DNA of 64,000 bases. Source: Flaccisagitta enflata. Its lineage: Eukaryota. Both the position numbers and the translations under genes were made by a program. The notes below the pieces were generated by a model. That model was not told the DNA's origin and made no database searches. It saw only the letters and a program-made list of their open reading frames with translations. The stretch spans positions 6,696,001 through 6,760,000 of the forward strand of contig OZ231126.1 of NCBI GenBank assembly GCA_965153355.1. The letters are read 5' to 3'. Below are positions 38,406 to 51,478 of the stretch, piece by piece. The first letter of the stretch is position 1. Each line of letters begins with the position of its first letter.

Positions 38406-38984
38406 ATAGTTGTAACAGCGTTAGATGGGCGGTGGTACCCGATGCCAACGAGAAAATGAGATAGTAAGGGGGTTAGGGGCTTTAAGGGACAAATGATCTA
38501 TACTCTCAACGTTAGATTAGGAGCTCAAGGTAGAGGCAGTTGAGGTGAGTTGAGGGGACTGTGGAATTGAGCCTCAAGGTTGGAATTAAGGTCCACAGGC
38601 TAGCGGGTGAACAACTAGAAGTGAAACTTGCAGCGACAAGATTTGAATTTGGAACTTGAAGTAACAGTTTGAGCCTCAAGCCCTCTTTATCGAATTCCAT
38701 GTATTGAGGCTAGGATTTGGGTGTTGAGCTCAGAGTTCTTGTCTAGAGACTGGGGTTTAGATTTCAGGGCTGGGACTTTAATCGAGGGGTGAGAAAAAAT
38801 GTAGCACAGAGAGGGAGGAGGAAAAGAAGGAGAAATTTTTATTTACAGTTGAAACCCGCAATAACGGATATCAATGGACCAACAGATTTTATATATAAGA
38901 AGCGGATTTCTGTTAACATGAAGGGACCAAGAGTCTATGTGAAGATATAGGTCATCAGTGTCTTCACGGTTGCTGCCCTAAAAA
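38406..38984 (-). mobile_element. Old degenerate HINE family B
   Basis: ATAGTTGTAACAGCGTTAGATG...GGTACCCG at the left and ATAGGTCATCAG...GCTGCCCTAAAA at the right. Confidence 0.65.
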
Positions 38985-39121
38985 GAAAGAAACGAGTCAA
39001 GGAGAATCGGAAAAGATCTTTTTCTAATTCCTGTCATAAAACTTTTTCCCTTGTTTTCCCCCTCAAAACCGCCTCCTCTCACTTTTGTTTGGGTCTTTCT
39101 TTTTCAAGTTTCTTTCTTTCT

Positions 39122-39356
39122 TTTTTTAAGTCGCGTGCTACGCGACTTTACACCCCGCTTTGTCGGTCCGTCCGTCGGTCCGTCCGTCCGTCGGTCCGTC
39201 CGTTGGTCCGTCCGTCCGTCCATCCGTCACACTTTACTTTTTTTGGGTTTTTGCGGTCTATGGCCTCACTGCTCCTGCCCAAGTGATCAAGTGACCTCAA
39301 ATACGGCCCCTGCCCACCCGCACGCGACTGGAGTAGCCGTGTATCCGGCCTTGTTT
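39122..39356 (+). mobile_element. HINE family A (intact)
   Basis: All diagnostic modules present. Confidence 0.9.
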
Positions 39357-39382
39357 CTTTTTCTTTTTCCTTTTCCTTTTCC

Positions 39383-40052
39383 TTTTTGGGCAGCGGCCCC
39401 GAAGGGGCCGATGACCTATGCTTTCACACATAGGGGAAATTTCTCCTCCTTCTTCCCGTACCCCCCCCCCCCCATTCCCCTTCAAGACCAAATCTCAGCC
39501 TCGAGGCCCAAATCTCAGCCTCGAGACCCAAATCTCAGCCTCGAGACTCAAATCCAAGCCTTGAAGCCCAAATCCCAGCCTTGAAGCCCAAATCCCAGCC
39601 TTGAAGCCCAAATCCCAGCCTTGAGACCCAAATCCCAGCCTTGAGGCCCAAATCCCAGCCTTGAGGCCCAAATCTCAGCCTTGAGGTCCAAATCCCAGCC
39701 TCAAGGCCCAAATCCCAGTCTCAAGGCCCAAATCCCAGCCTCGATGCCCAAATCCCAGCCTCGAGGCCCAATTCCCAGCCTCAAGGCCCAATTCCCAGCC
39801 TCAAGGCCCAATTCCCAGCCTTGAGGCCCAAACCCCAACCTTGAGGCGCAAATCCCAGCCACGTGTCTCAAATCCCCGCCTCCAGGCTCAAATCCCAGCT
39901 TCAAGGCCCCAATTCCAGCCTCCAGGCTCAAATAAAAACAGCATAGGTCATCGGCTCCTTCGGGGCCGCTGCCCCTCTCACCACCTCACACCCTCATACA
40001 CTCACATAGGGGCAACGGGTACCGCTGACCATCTAACGCTTTTGCGACTATT
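39383..40052 (+). mobile_element. HINE family B (intact) with a 20-bp tandem array
   Basis: subTIR pair, (GAGGCCCAAATCCCAGCCTT)n and tail ending GCGACTATT. Confidence 0.9.
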
Positions 40053-40105
40053 CTTTTTCTTTTTCTTCTTCTTCTTCTTCTTCTTCTTCTTCTTCTTCTT
40101 CTTCC

Positions 40106-40136
<31 letters not shown>

Positions 40137-40195
40137 CTTCTTCTTCTTCTTCTTCTTCTTCTTCTTCTTCTTCTTCTTCTTCTTCTTCTTCTTCC

Positions 40196-40226
<31 letters not shown>

Positions 40227-40250
40227 CTTCTTCTTCTTCTTCTTCTTCTT

Positions 40251-40285
<35 letters not shown>

Positions 40286-40520
40286 TTCTTCTCCTTCTTC
40301 TCCTCCTTCTTCTTCTTCTTCTTCTTCTCCTTCTTCTTCTTCTTCTTCTTCTTTTTCTTCTTCTCCTTCTTTTACTTTTTCTTTTTCTTTTTCTTTTTCT
40401 TTTTCTTTTTCTTTTTCTTTTTCTTTTTTTCTTCTTCTTCTTCTTCTTCTTCTTCTTCTTCTTCTTCTTCTTCTTCTTCTTCTTCTTCTTCTTCTTCTTC
40501 TTCTTCTTCTTCTTCTACTA
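40053..40520. repeat. (TTC)n microsatellite
   Basis: Direct reading. Confidence 0.98.
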
Positions 40521-40596
40521 CTTCTTATGCACTGATTCACGCATAGTCAAATACAACTGCTTAGTAGACTTAAAATGTGCTTAAGTGCACTTTTAA

Positions 40597-40735
40597 AAAC
40601 AAGGCCAAGTGGGCCAACGCGTGCGCCGTGTTGATCGTTGAACAAATGCGTTACCGACCAACCAACCAACCAACCAACCAACCAACCGACCAACTGATGC
40701 ACACAGCCTCTTACAGACATGCTTTGGCACACGTA
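40597..40735 (-). mobile_element. HINE family E-like
   Basis: AACAAGGCCAAGTGGGCCAAC end and CCAA microsatellite. Confidence 0.6.
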
Positions 40736-42593
40736 GGAATACCAACCAAATCAACAATCAACCAAGTACCAACATTCTTTTCTTTTAATGTAACGATTTG
40801 TAGAAGTATCCACTCAATGTCTTAGCCCACTGATTTCTGACAGACGCTTGGTTGACTTTGGCTATTCAATTTGGGGATCATTTTAGTTGATCGATGTAGA
40901 GACAAAGGCTTTACCTTTTTTGGCACTTTTTCATACGCATGTTTAGGCGTTGGTGAAAACGCGGATGGGAACAGAAGCCAACTAAAAGGATCTTTTTTTT
41001 TTTGGGGGGGGGGTTAAGGTTCTTTTTCTTTTTTTGTATTGTCAATAAACTGACGCCAGACCAGGAAGGATCTTGCCAACAATTATCCCGCACTTTATGA
41101 AGACGATTTCTCGTTTCAAAAGCTCCCCATAGGCAGGGGTATCTCAGAAAAAGAGACCCAAAGGGTAGTTATTCCTAACAGGAATCATGATTGTATGAGT
41201 TATAAATAGGACGAATTGTTGCACACATCATATGAATCATATCAGATGTCAACTGCCTTCCCCCATGAGGGTGAGGGTGAAGGAGATCAAGCTGTCTCAT
41301 CCAAGTCAGGTCAAGTCTAAGTTGATGTCTCAACTATATGAGGACCCCATATAGATAGGTTTGTCTGTGTGGCTGTCTGACTCCAATAGATATATGCTGC
41401 AATGGGTTACTGTATAGTACAAAGCGTTTTGCAAAATTTAAAAGAAATATCATGTTAACAGGAGAAAGGAAAAAACACAAGTATCAAATATCTGTACAGC
41501 ACAAAGCTAAAGAATATGCGAAACCTGCTTCGCACAAAAAGAAATATCAAGAGTTGCCATTTATGTTAACAGGAGAGGGAAAAAAACAATAATATTGGAC
41601 CGCAAGGACATAAACCAAATTGGTAAAACTGCCAAAAGAAGGAATGAGATGCAGAAGGAGGCATTGGATCCACCGCACTATGGTACAAAAGCCCTGACAT
41701 GCATTTGCCTGAAATCATACTTTCATTAGATTATATAATTAATCATCCTTTTTATTATCTCAAAAATAAAGACAAAAAAAAGCTCAAGAAAACTTTAAAT
41801 TGTATTGTTTGAAGTTCTTTGGTAGTAAGCAAGACTAGTTTTTCAACTGTTCAGGTGACGAAGCTTATCAAAAAGGAAGGGTGTATCTCCCCACAGCTAA
41901 AGCGCCCAACAGCTAAAATTTTTTCATGCAGGATTGGCCCAAGAGCTAAAATATTTTTTTAGCTTTGTGGCCAATTTTGAAGTATTTTATTTCTAAAAAA
42001 TTGTCAGAAAAAGTGGCCTGATGTCTAAAATTTTTATCAGTGATTGGCCTAAAATCTAAAAAAGAGGGAAGAAGAGAATGATAAGAGGGAACAAATATAG
42101 TTTAAAGCCACATTTGAAACAATACACAAATCAAGTCTCATCCCTTTACACATGTTTTATTTGTAGTTGGAATTCATTTCAAAGGATCATGAAAACATAT
42201 ATCTTTTAGTGAAGCTGCTTTTTTCAATTTGAAAAAAAAAAAATTACAAAACCTTTTAAAGAACAGCAACTAGTATGCCTTATAGGCAGGCACATCTTGA
42301 TAGCAGGTGCACAACAGTTCCTAAATATATTAGTTCATTGTAATTACAGTATGATTTTGTTCAAAGGAGATAAAAGATGACAACATAACTCTTGAATTAA
42401 AAAAGGTATTGAATTCTGAAAAAAATGCTGAAAGAGTATGTTTTGATATTCATTTGTTCCAAATTTTAGCTTAGGGTGTCAAGTAGTTTGGCTTCAATCT
42501 ACATTTGAAGTAAATTGTCAATTCTATCTCCTATCTGTGCTCTATGCTCTATCTATGCTCCTATTTTCTCCTTAAATTCATTGATGAAATCAT

Positions 42594-43459
42594 AAACAAG
42601 GCCAAATAGGCCAACAATGCGTCCTCTTTGAATGCACGTTTTTTATGAATGAATGTTTTTTATGAATGAATGTTTTTTATGAATGAATGTTTTTTAATGA
42701 ATGAATGTTTCTTTAGCAATGAATGTCACTTACAAATGGGTTAGAACTACTTTTCTGTTGAAAAAATGCATGATTTTGATGTTTTTAATGAATGACCAAT
42801 ACGCTGAGGAGAATACACTTTTTTTCATGCTGGGACCCAGAGGAGGGCCCAGATTTTTTTATTTTGATGTAACTAATGTATTCTAAAAATTTCAGGACCA
42901 TAGACGTTCTTAAACCTTCATCATAATGCACCTGAAAAAAGGCTCATCCTTAAGGGGGCCAAAATTTCAAAATCATTTTTCGTCAAATCTGATACCAGAT
43001 TCAGATTCCTTGTAAAAAATTGTGTCAGATACTAAAATTTCTTTCACCAAAATTGTGTTTTTAAGCTGAAAAAAATGCAAAAAACCTCTAAAGATAAGGT
43101 TTTTAAAAAACTGGTCTTTTTGATTTTTTTGCATTTTTCAAAACAAAATTATGAAAAAAATATATCTGACATAATTTTTTAAGGAATCTGAATCTACATC
43201 ATGGAATGTTTTGAAATTTTACTTAAGGATGAACCATTTTTCAGGTGCATTATGATGAAGGTTTAAGGACGTCTATGGTCCTGAAATTTTTAGAATACAT
43301 TAGTTACATCAAAATAAAAAAATCTGGGCCCTCCTCTGGGTCCCAGCATGAAAAAAAGTGTATTCTCCTCAGCGTAATGACCAACCAACCAACTGACCGA
43401 CCGACCGACCAACCAACGGACACAACCTATTATAGAGATGTGAGGAGGCATCTAAAAAT
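42594..43459 (-). mobile_element. HINE family E hosting a palindromic MITE
   Basis: AACAAGGCCAAATAGGCCAAC ... AGAGATGTGAGGAGGCATCTAAAA. Confidence 0.75.
42800..43376. mobile_element. Fully palindromic MITE with an 8-bp TSD (hAT-like)
   Basis: TACGCTGAGGAGAATACAC ... GTGTATTCTCCTCAGCGTA; ATGACCAA at 42792-42799 and 43377-43384. Confidence 0.9.
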
Positions 43460-44467
43460 TCTTATATTTTCTTTAAAAGAACACCTGTTACCTGAACCAG
43501 GCCATGAATATGAAATATTTGATAACAGTTTATGTTTTCCCTATCTTACAAGTTCAAATTTGTTAAAAAGTAGGATGAAATAACAATTTTTTTACTGATC
43601 TCTGTTTCTTTTATCTGTTTCTCATATCTGTTTCTTACATCTGTTTATCATATCTGATTCTCAATGCCTTCCTCTTTTTAGACATCAGGCGCTTTTTTTT
43701 TAGCTGTTAGGCGCATTTAGATTTTCAAACTATACCAAGACTTTTAGTTCTAAATTGGCCTCATGTCTAAGATTCTTTTTTAGAACTCAGGCCAAAATCA
43801 TTTTTAGACGTCAGGCCACTGGAATAATTTAGCTTCCAGGCGCTTCCCCCAAAAGGAAAGTCTTTTTTTGAATACATTTGAAAAAAATAATGTGTTAAAA
43901 CATTGTTCTTATGGAATTACAATTTGTATTGATTAGGGAAGGAGATACTGATTTTTCATGATTGCAACAATTTTTGTCAATCTGTCATGCGGCAAACGCT
44001 TAAACACTAATAAGCATAAGTTTTTGTAAATTTGTCACAAAGTGCGAGGCTCTGACTCTAAATAAGCGTTAGTTCATGCAGATTTGTCATGAAGTGCAAG
44101 GCTCCAGCCTCCTGTGAGAAAACAGCCACATGGTTGACAAGCAAAGGCTGACAGTAAGTCTGAAGATAAACAGTCTCTCAGTCTTCTGTGTACGTAACCG
44201 AATGTTCTTTAGAGAGAGAGAGAGAGAGAGAGAGAGGACAAATATTTGGGTCTTCCTTGTGTCTTCCACGATTGTTTATGTTCCATTTCTCAAGTTGACA
44301 TGCGACAACATTGGATCTTACAGGAGGGAAATATTGGACAACATTAGATTACACAGTGAGAAAACTTCGGACAACATGGGATTTTACAGGAAAGGAAACA
44401 TTGGACAACATAAGATTTTACAGTAAGGAAACATCAGACAACTTTGGATTTTACAGGACCATAGGTA

Positions 44468-44975
44468 CAGTAGATGTCGTCTATACTTGGAAATACGGGG
44501 GCCCTCATATCCTGATTACCATTTGTGCAAATGAAATGTAACTGTGTGTGTATAATGCTTATGTCCTATAGGGTTGACGATGGGGTATGGCCGCTCTGTT
44601 AATAGAAAATTCTTTTGAATATACTAAATCAAATTCACTTAATCAAATTAGCTTCTGGAATTGGTCTAGTGATTAACTCACTTGATTTCAAGTTTATTGT
44701 GATTAGTTTATCTAGTCAAAGGTTCCAGGTTCAAATTCTGGTCTGGTTTTGAACTTTAAGCGAATGGATGAAGCTGAAATTCTGCAAAAAAACTGATTGA
44801 TCCTAAAATTTTATGCTTAAAGTTTTTTCTTAGAGTAAGTGGTAGGGGGATGCTATACCCCGTTGTCAACCCCTTAGGGTCTAAACATTGTATCAACAAA
44901 ATATCAGTCCCTTCACTACACTGATGCTCAGGATATGAGCTCCCCCGTATTTCCAAGTCTAGACGACATCTACTG
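44468..44975. mobile_element. pogo/Tc1-type MITE
   Basis: ~45-bp TIRs CAGTAGATGTCGTCTA... / ...TAGACGACATCTACTG; flanks TA and TT; a second internal inverted pair at ~44566 and ~44850. Confidence 0.85.
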
Positions 44976-46159
44976 TTGGTAAGAAGGTTAGTAGGTAGGT
45001 AGTTAAGTCAATTGATGGGAAGGCAGGCAAAGGGATCTATCTTTATCTCTTAACCAAATGCTTGATAAGCCCATCTCATAACAACCCTCTCCTGCCTATG
45101 TGCTAGGTACTTGGGAAAACTTGAATCCGACCTTGTTTTTTTTTCTTGGAATTCTCCAGATTTCTTTTTTTTTTTTTTCCTATTCCTCTTTTTTCTATTC
45201 CTTTTCTCCTTAATGATCTGAGGATTCTTTTGTTTCTTTTCTTTATTCTCCTCCTTTTGTTCTTCCATCATTTTTATTCCTTAACCTTAGTTCACCTTTT
45301 TAGTTGTTGTTCCCTCTTGTCTTACCAGAAGACTCTCCATCCCTTTAAATCCGCTCCTCATCAGCTACATCGCCACCAACAGGAAACTACTCCATTTTCC
45401 CACTCCATATTTTGGGTCTCCTTGCTCCATAACGCCCTTCTTTTCCTCTTTGTTTCAACGAAAGTTTGATCCTTCAACAGTCTGTTCCTACATATGGCCA
45501 ATCGCGCTTTAAACGGGCAATTTGGTCACTCGCTATGTTTTTGTGCTCAAAATATTTGTCCACTTGCACCACTCACGCTACTCACTCTGTAGCACTCTGC
45601 TTCGCTAAGCTCGCTCCACCTGCTTGCTTTATTTATAGGTTCACTCAATCACTCCGGTCACTCCCTTGTGGCATGGTTGAAATTCATGAATACATATTCA
45701 CTCGGTAAACGCGATTATCGAGAATGATCGCGTTGGTTATTCACTCTGTAAACGGGATTATCAAGAATGATCGCGTTTGTTGTCATCACTAGAAAAACGC
45801 CCTAAATCCAGCTCAATGACGGAATCTACCCTCCTTCCATCCTCCCTTTCCTTTGTCCTCTAATTCCCCCTTCCTTCTTCTTCTCTTCTTCTTCCTCTCC
45901 TTCCTCTTTTTTCCCCCTTCTTTTTCCTACTGTACTCCCTTAAAGGAAGTTCCTTTATTTTCCCTCTTCTTCCTCTCCTTCCTTTCTTTCCCCTCTTCTT
46001 CTTCCTCTCCACCTTTCTTTCCCCTCTTCTTCTTCATCTCCTCCCTTTCTTTCCCCTCTTCTTCTTCCTCTCTCCACTTCTTCTCTCTCTTCCTACCTCT
46101 ATTTCTTCTTAGGGTTTGCCGGTCTCTTCCTCTGTGATAGGGTAGAAAAGGGAGGGGGA

Positions 46160-46520
<361 letters not shown>

Positions 46521-47102
46521 CTGTCTCATCTCAATGACAGCTATGGACTACATTGCACCGCTTAGACTTCTTTGAAGAGTACTTTAAGAAAAAGGGCTCT
46601 TAGATCCATTGTGCCTTTGTGGCTTCGCTCCATTGATTGCGATTGCGTATAGAATGTTATGTGGCTGTCTTTGACTCATCCCCTTTTATTTCTCATGTGT
46701 CTATCTCTGTCTATTCCACTTTTATTTTTTCTGACTCCTCTGCCTCAATCACGTATATATCTTACGTGTTATGAAATGTGCAACAAAAAGTATCTTACAA
46801 AAACTTTAGAAAAATGTTATTGAAAAAAAGACTTAACATATAAAAGTAAAATAAAACATTGATGTGTCGGCTGCTTGGTCAGTTAGTCCGCCTGTCCATC
46901 CGCTCGTTGGTTTGTCCGCAACGTTATTGAGTTACAGTCCTTTTTTTTTTACATGGTGTCATGGTCTTATGGTTCATCATACATGTTCGGCTTTATCTCT
47001 CTTACTTATATCTCTGCCTCATCCACATTATTTTTTTTCTTTTTTTAACAATGCCATCTTTTGTATGAAAAAATAGATTCAAACCAATGATAAGAAAATC
47101 AC

Positions 47103-47416
47103 CAGGGGTGTATATAATTGAGTCACTTTTGATTCCCCCCCCCCTGCCTTTGATTCTCTTCCCTGCTACAGGTCGCACCGCATTTTAAAATCTATGATTT
47201 TCTTCCCCATCTAGCAGTGAAACAGTGTAGTTATGGTTCAAATAGTGTTAAATTGTGTTTTACTAATCAGTTTTTATGATTTGGTACTGCCAAAAGTTAT
47301 ATCTACCCCCAGTTTTCTTTTTTTCTGTTTTTCCCCCTTTGATTTCCTTCCCCATTTCCAAACCCTTTTCCCCCTCCCCACCGGGGGGGGGGGGAACTCA
47401 ATAATGTACACGCCTG
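47103..47416. mobile_element. hAT-type MITE; degenerate inverted relative at ~59445-59630
   Basis: TIR CAGGGGTGTATATAATTGAGT / ACTCAATAATGTACACGCCTG; perfect 8-bp TSD AAAATCAC. Confidence 0.92.
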
Positions 47417-49027
47417 AAAATCACATGTCAGAATGTATGTAGAGAAATCCCCATATGTGTTATTCTTCTCATTGGTTTTGTATCGACGCAGGTTGTGAAT
47501 CTTTATCGTGTTTTCCAACTCCACCGGCAAGTGATAAATCGAAAGTCTTTCGAGATTTACTTGAAAAAGAGTACTTTTCAAAACTCACTTCAAACTTTTT
47601 TGAGTTTACAAGCGTTGGTCCTAAGGCACCTGGGGTTAACTTGCATAAGTGTTTAACAGAGCTTACCAAAAGAGATTGACCGTACGGCACTCGGGGTTTC
47701 ATTGGCATTGAATGACATGTCAATGATTTGCAAAATTGGGATCAAGTTAGGACATTCTGATTTTCTGCACCAAACATTCGCGCTTTAAGTTGCTTGGGCT
47801 AAGCTTAAAACCAGTTGTCCAATGATCAGCGATACCCGTTACCCTGCTTTGCATGAGCTGAGATAGCTGATTTTTGCTCGGAGGGGTTATATTGAAAGCA
47901 TGAGAAAGCTGATTTGAGGCCTGAGAGGGCTGATTTGAGGCTTGAGAGGGCGGATTTGATGACTGAACAAGAGACACTTTTATTGACATTTGCAAACAGA
48001 CAACAGAACGCGATTTCATTGATGTTTGTGAACAGACAAAAGCGACATTATCTATTGACATTGGTAGTTAGAGGGAGCGATACCAGCCCAGCATGATTTT
48101 CTCTTTGTCAAAAATCGCTCAATTTCAATGTAATTTTTTTAAATTGAACGTAAAATAACTTGTTTAATACGTATATATGATGACAAAATATCATTTCAAT
48201 GTTTCTTAATAAGTTTGGGTCTCAGGGATTTCAATTTACACCGTGAAACAGCGATACTTGAAAGTTTTCTCAAACCTATTCTGAGCTCTAGTAATTTAGT
48301 TTATGAAAATCAAACAGAATCGGTACTTAATATGCCGTTTTAGTTCATATGTTTTTATAGCATAAACTATGTAAAATTTGTGATCGAACGCCATTGGCCG
48401 CGTCCAAATCGGCTAAGCAGATCGGCGCAGACAGCCTCGCATGAGTTAAAAAAATTAATTCAGCGTAAAATCATCAAGGTTGTTGTCATGTTTCGGCGGC
48501 GCGAAACTGCGGTTGCTACGAAAACTGATCAGAGGAAGATTTTTCTTCCTGTAAACTTTTTTAAGATAATAACTGATAAATTATATGTTTCAGCATATCA
48601 TTCGAATCGTCTTTTTATGAAGAATTCAAAAATGATAATGAATAATATTTTCTCTTAAAAGCTGTTGCAATTATGCCCACAGACATGGAAATCATGACCA
48701 CACGACCCTAAAAGCGCGACCACAGACTCGATAATCGCGACCACAAACTCGATAATTGCAACCTCAGACCCAAAAATCGCGACCACGGACTCAGTAATCG
48801 TAACCACGGATTCAGTAATTGCAACCACAGTCCATAGACACGATAATTGCAACCACAGACTCGATTATCGCGACCAAAATCTTGTAAACAGCGACCACAG
48901 ACTCGATAACCACAACCAAAGACTAGATAATTGCGACCGCATACTCGACATTGGCGACCACAGACTTGATAATCGCGACCACAGACTTGATAAACACGAT
49001 CACAGGCCATCAACGCATCCACAAATT

Positions 49028-49217
49028 TAATAAGGCCGGATTCACGGCCATACCAGTTGCGGACGGGTGGGCAGGGGCGGAAATGCGCGGTTTCACACTT
49101 TTCGACTTGTGCACACCGACGGACCGACAGACCGACGGACCGATGGACCGACGGACGGATGGACCGACGGACGGACGGACAAAGGCTCTTATAGAGTTGC
49201 GTGTCCGCAACTAAAAA
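49028..49217 (-). mobile_element. HINE family D (intact)
   Basis: AATAAGGCCGGATTCACGGC ... AGAGTTGCGTGTCCGCAACTAAAAA. Confidence 0.9.
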
Positions 49218-49448
49218 TGGCGATCACAGACTCGAAAGTCGCGACCATGTATGTATTTAAGTTATGACCACAGGCACTAAAATCACAACCACAGATTCAA
49301 AATTCGGTGCCACACACTCGAATACTATGAGCACAGACCCCAAATATCTGTCACAGACACTAGAATTGCGACCAGACTAAAAAATTGCTACCACGTATCA
49401 CAACCACAAAATCGAAAATCACACCCACACACACATAAGATTTGTGAC

Positions 49449-49733
49449 CACCTGGGCCGAGCATGACACTGCGGTAAACCTCTATCCCGTTGACGTTGCG
49501 ACAACGCCATTTTCCGCCACGTGGCGTAGCGATGCAATTCATTGCAATATCGTATCGGGGACGGGACGGTATGGCCCTATGGGACGGGTCTTCAATAATC
49601 ATAAATATCTATATTTATTCGTCTGTGGTTACAACTTCAAGAATACACTAGACAACCTCACATTCTTAAGAAGAACATACCGCTTGCCAGACTGATGGAG
49701 AGACAGACAGACAGACAAGGAGATGTAAGCAGG

Positions 49734-49803
<70 letters not shown>

Positions 49804-50111
49804 AGTCGGTCGTGGTGATCGAGTCGAAAGGTGGGAAAACACGCATTTCCGCCCTGCCCACCCGTCCGCGACTGGTATTGGCCATGTATCGGCCTTGTTT
49901 CTTCTTCATTCCTTCTTTTTTCCCTTTTTCTTTTTCTTCTTTTTTTTTCTTTTCATCGTTTTTTCTTTTTCTTCTTTTTTTTTCTTCTTCTTTCTCATCT
50001 TCTTCTCAATACCGTTACCGTCACGGCCAAGCAGCCCATTATCGTTTTAGGGCGACCCTGCCCTTTTTTCGCGACCGGAACGAACTTCCGGTTTGACGCT
50101 CGGGCCAGGTG
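49449..50111. mobile_element. TIR element with CACCTGG...CCAGGTG ends (CMC/EnSpm-like if the TSD is 2 bp)
   Basis: CACCTGGGCCGAGC / GCTCGGGCCAGGTG; the host minisatellite resumes after it. Confidence 0.7.
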
Positions 50112-50278
50112 ACCACAGACTCAAAATTCATAACCACAGACTCATAATTCAAGAAAACAGACTCAGAACTTGTGAATACAGACACAATATTCACGACCAC
50201 AGACTTTTATAACGGCAGACTCAAAATTTGTGATTGACGACCAACAAAGTGGGTCGTAGAGTCGTGTAGCATGCGACA

Positions 50279-50460
50279 AACAAGGCCTGATACACGGCTC
50301 CCAAAGTCGCATGTGGGCGGGCAGGGGCAGTGAAAAATATAGTTGACAAAGCATTTAGGCTGAAGCGGTAACGCGGAAACCGCCCATAGACGCCAAAAAA
50401 GCCTGACAGGCTGATGGACGGACATAGCGGGGTATAGTCGCGTAGCGCGCGACTCAAAAG
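50279..50460 (-). mobile_element. HINE family A
   Basis: AACAAGGCCTGATACACGGC ... TAGTCGCGTAGCGCGCGACTCAAAA. Confidence 0.8.
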
Positions 50461-50526
50461 GAGGAAATTGAAAAACGTGATGGATGTTCTGATGGACGGA
50501 GCAAAAAACAGCTTATAGTGTGGCAT

Positions 50527-51021
50527 TTGGGTGCTTCACACAGCAAAGGTCGGGTTTGTTTTGCACACTTTAGTCTTTATTCAAATTTTGAGAATGTTAC
50601 CATTTTTTTTATAAAAAATTATTTATCTTTTATTTTTTAGAAAATTGTTTTAATGACCTAATCTGCGTAATACAGTGGGATAAAACGATATGCTGACATT
50701 GTTTGAATTAATTTTCACAAATTTTTAATTTTTATAAAATTGTTACTCTGCCTTTTCATAAGATTTTCATAGCTTATGTTCTGATATTGGGGTTTATTTC
50801 TACAAACATCATGATATCCTCAAACAAATAATTGTCTTTCATTGTGACAAATTACACAGGATTTTGCTGATTTCTGGGGAATCTTTGAGAACGTGAAGTC
50901 CAAAACAAAGACAGATAATGAAAAAATTTAAAAAAAAAAATAGTCATCTTTGTGATTTTTGCTCCTCCATATTGCCTAAGTAAGGTGGATTCTCCCAACT
51001 TCTGTTATGTGAAGCACCCAA
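50527..51021. mobile_element. MITE with a 9-bp TSD
   Basis: TIR TTGGGTGCTTCACA / TGTGAAGCACCCAA; GTGTGGCAT at 50518-50526 and 51022-51030. Confidence 0.9.
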
Positions 51022-51032
51022 GTGTGGCATAG

Positions 51033-51094
<62 letters not shown>

Positions 51095-51434
51095 GTAAGC
51101 GTAAGGACCAGATGTCACTAAGATTTCGTAATTTGTTCGTCTTGAGGCTTTGCGGACCTACTCAGAGACATTTGCTATGGCCTCACTGCTCCTGCCCAAG
51201 TGATCAAGTGATCTCAAATGCGGCCCCTGCCCACCCGCACGCGACTGGGTAGCCGTGTATCGGGCCTTGTTGACATATTAAATAGGAATATGGTCTTCTT
51301 TCTCTTATTTGTAAATTGAGCATCTCGATCAAGCGATTGCGTCCTTGGACAAAATTGATAGGATAAGTATAAATTTGATAGTTCTCTTTCATATGGTGTC
51401 AAGCAGAGTGCTCTACGACAAAATATTTTTTAAG

Positions 51435-51478
<44 letters not shown>

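Larger units (their letters stand above)
48670..50240. repeat. Degenerate ~21-bp minisatellite (GCGACCACAGACTCGATAATC) split by insertions
   Basis: Units at 48670-49440 and 50110-50240. Confidence 0.8.

Noticed and set aside
44082-44153. Exon-like CAG...GTAAGT segment
   Set aside because: All three entry phases hit stops and the acceptor tract is weak.
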